A DNA stretch of 64,000 bases, taken from contig NC_083408.1 in assembly GCF_020745735.1 (NCBI RefSeq), forward strand, positions 17,732,484 to 17,796,483, read 5' to 3'. The position numbers were made by a program, and so were the translations under genes. The notes below the pieces were generated by a model, which worked only from the letters and a program-made list of their open reading frames with translations, had not been told where the DNA came from and ran no database searches. Every line of letters starts with the position of its first letter. Positions within the stretch are counted from its first letter, which is position 1. The stretch is from Hemiscyllium ocellatum. Its lineage: Eukaryota. This document shows positions 62,650 to 64,000 of this stretch, piece after piece.

Positions 62650-64000
62650 GGCAGTATTTTGTAGAGCAGTAAGACTGTGCCTTTTTCCGGGTCTGTAAAA
62701 TGTTAAGTTGCAGGGATAGCCATTCCTTGAATGATGCGCTCTTCCTGTCTCATGTGGGAGATTAGGGAGAATTTCAATGATTCTGATGATGATGATGTCT
62801 GCACTAAGTGTAGTTGCAAATCCTATCGATTGCATAGATCTGCTGGAGGGACAGTTTAAGGCAGTGAGGAATTCACAGCAGCGAGGAAGTGTGATTAGTG
62901 GCAGTTTCAGGCAGACAAACTGCAGACACAGTCCGGTAGATGGGTTACCTCCAGGAAAGAGAGGAAAGGGAGGCAGTTCGTGCAGGAGTCTCCTCTGTCT
63001 ATCCCACTCTCAAACAAGTATACTGCTTTGGAAAACGTAGGAGGTCACAGACATTCAGGGGAATGTTGCAGTTGCAGCCAAGCTACCGGTGTTGAGACTG
63101 TCTCTAACGTAATATTAGGTATATCCAGTTCCACCCGATCGATGGTGATAGGGGGCTCTCGAGTCAGGGGAAAATACTATAATTTCTGCAGCTGACAGAG
63201 AGATATCAGAATGGTGTGATACCTCCCTGGTGCCAGGGTCAAGGATGTCTCAGAGGGTGCAGAATATTCTGAAAGGGGAGAATAACCCTGTGAGGCGACG
63301 CCGTTGTACATTGGTACCAATGACATAGGAATAGAAAAGGATGAGGTCCTGATAAAAGAATATGGGAAATTAGGCTGGAGGGTAAAAAAAGGTCCTCGGG
63401 GATAGTAATATCTGGATTACTCTCGGTGCCACATGCTAGTGAGAGTGGAAATAGCAGGATAAAGCAGATACATACGTGGCGAAGGATCTGGTGTAGGGGA
63501 GAAGGATTCACATTTTTGGGTCATTGGATCTCTTGTTGGGTAGTCATGATCTCCATAAGATGGATGGATCGTGCCTACACTGGAAGGGAAGATTTGTTAG
63601 TTCTACTCAGAAGGCATTAAACCAGTGAGGGAGTGGGGGGTAAACCCAAAGTGAGTGTGAGGAAAGAACTAAGTCTGAGGCTGGAACTGTTCAAAATTCA
63701 AACAGTCGAGATAGGCATGGGCAAGGCATAGAATGAGGTAGGACTGAGCAATCACACTGCATTTACTTCAATGCAAGAGGCCCGACAGTTCAGGCAGATG
63801 AGCTCAGGGTATGGTTTTAAACATAGCACTGGGATATTCCAGCAATTACAGAGGCATCACTCATGGATGGAGAGATTAGCAGTTTAATGTTCCAGGGTAT
63901 AGATGCTATTGCAAGGATAGAAAGGGGGCAACAGTTCGGGGGGTGGTGTTTTTGATTAGGGATAATATTAGGTTTTCATGAGGGTATTCCTGGGAGTATA
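62650..64000 (+). mobile_element. CR1 LINE 5' part: ORF1 (Zn-finger/leucine-zipper region + SGNH esterase) and start of ORF2, degraded
   Basis: SIPLSNKYTAL, VIGGSRVRG, LPGARVKDVSE, IGTNDIG, VISGLL, then an FNAR-like APE start. Runs off the window edge. Confidence 0.85.

Overview
Eukaryotic DNA from a cartilaginous fish (shark). The repeat families resemble those of orectolobiform sharks, but that assignment is inference. The core of the window is one complete, unrearranged immunoglobulin heavy-chain IgM cluster on the minus strand, about 21.2-39.4 kb: TATA, leader, VH, D1, D2, JH, Cmu1-Cmu4 with secretory tail, TM1, TM2. Its RSS spacers read 23 | 12-D1-22 | 12-D2-12 | 21. It is a pseudogene as assembled: leader, VH, JH, Cmu1, Cmu2, Cmu3 and TM1 each carry stops and/or frameshifts, and three splice donors have lost GT. 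Cmu4 with the secretory tail is the only large exon with an intact frame. The rest is mostly retroelement debris: many CR1-clade LINEs (one young, some nested), two Penelope-like elements, HE1-like and other SINEs, and a Gypsy-type LTR element with integrase upstream of RT (Gmr1-like order) that is interrupted by a probable solo LTR carrying a SINE. Also noted are several local duplications, a ~45-bp tandem array in the J-C intron, candidate lymphoid regulatory motif clusters and one 141-N assembly gap. I found no intact protein-coding gene and no clearly new biological system. Mobile-element boundaries are approximate; Ig exon boundaries were read base by base.
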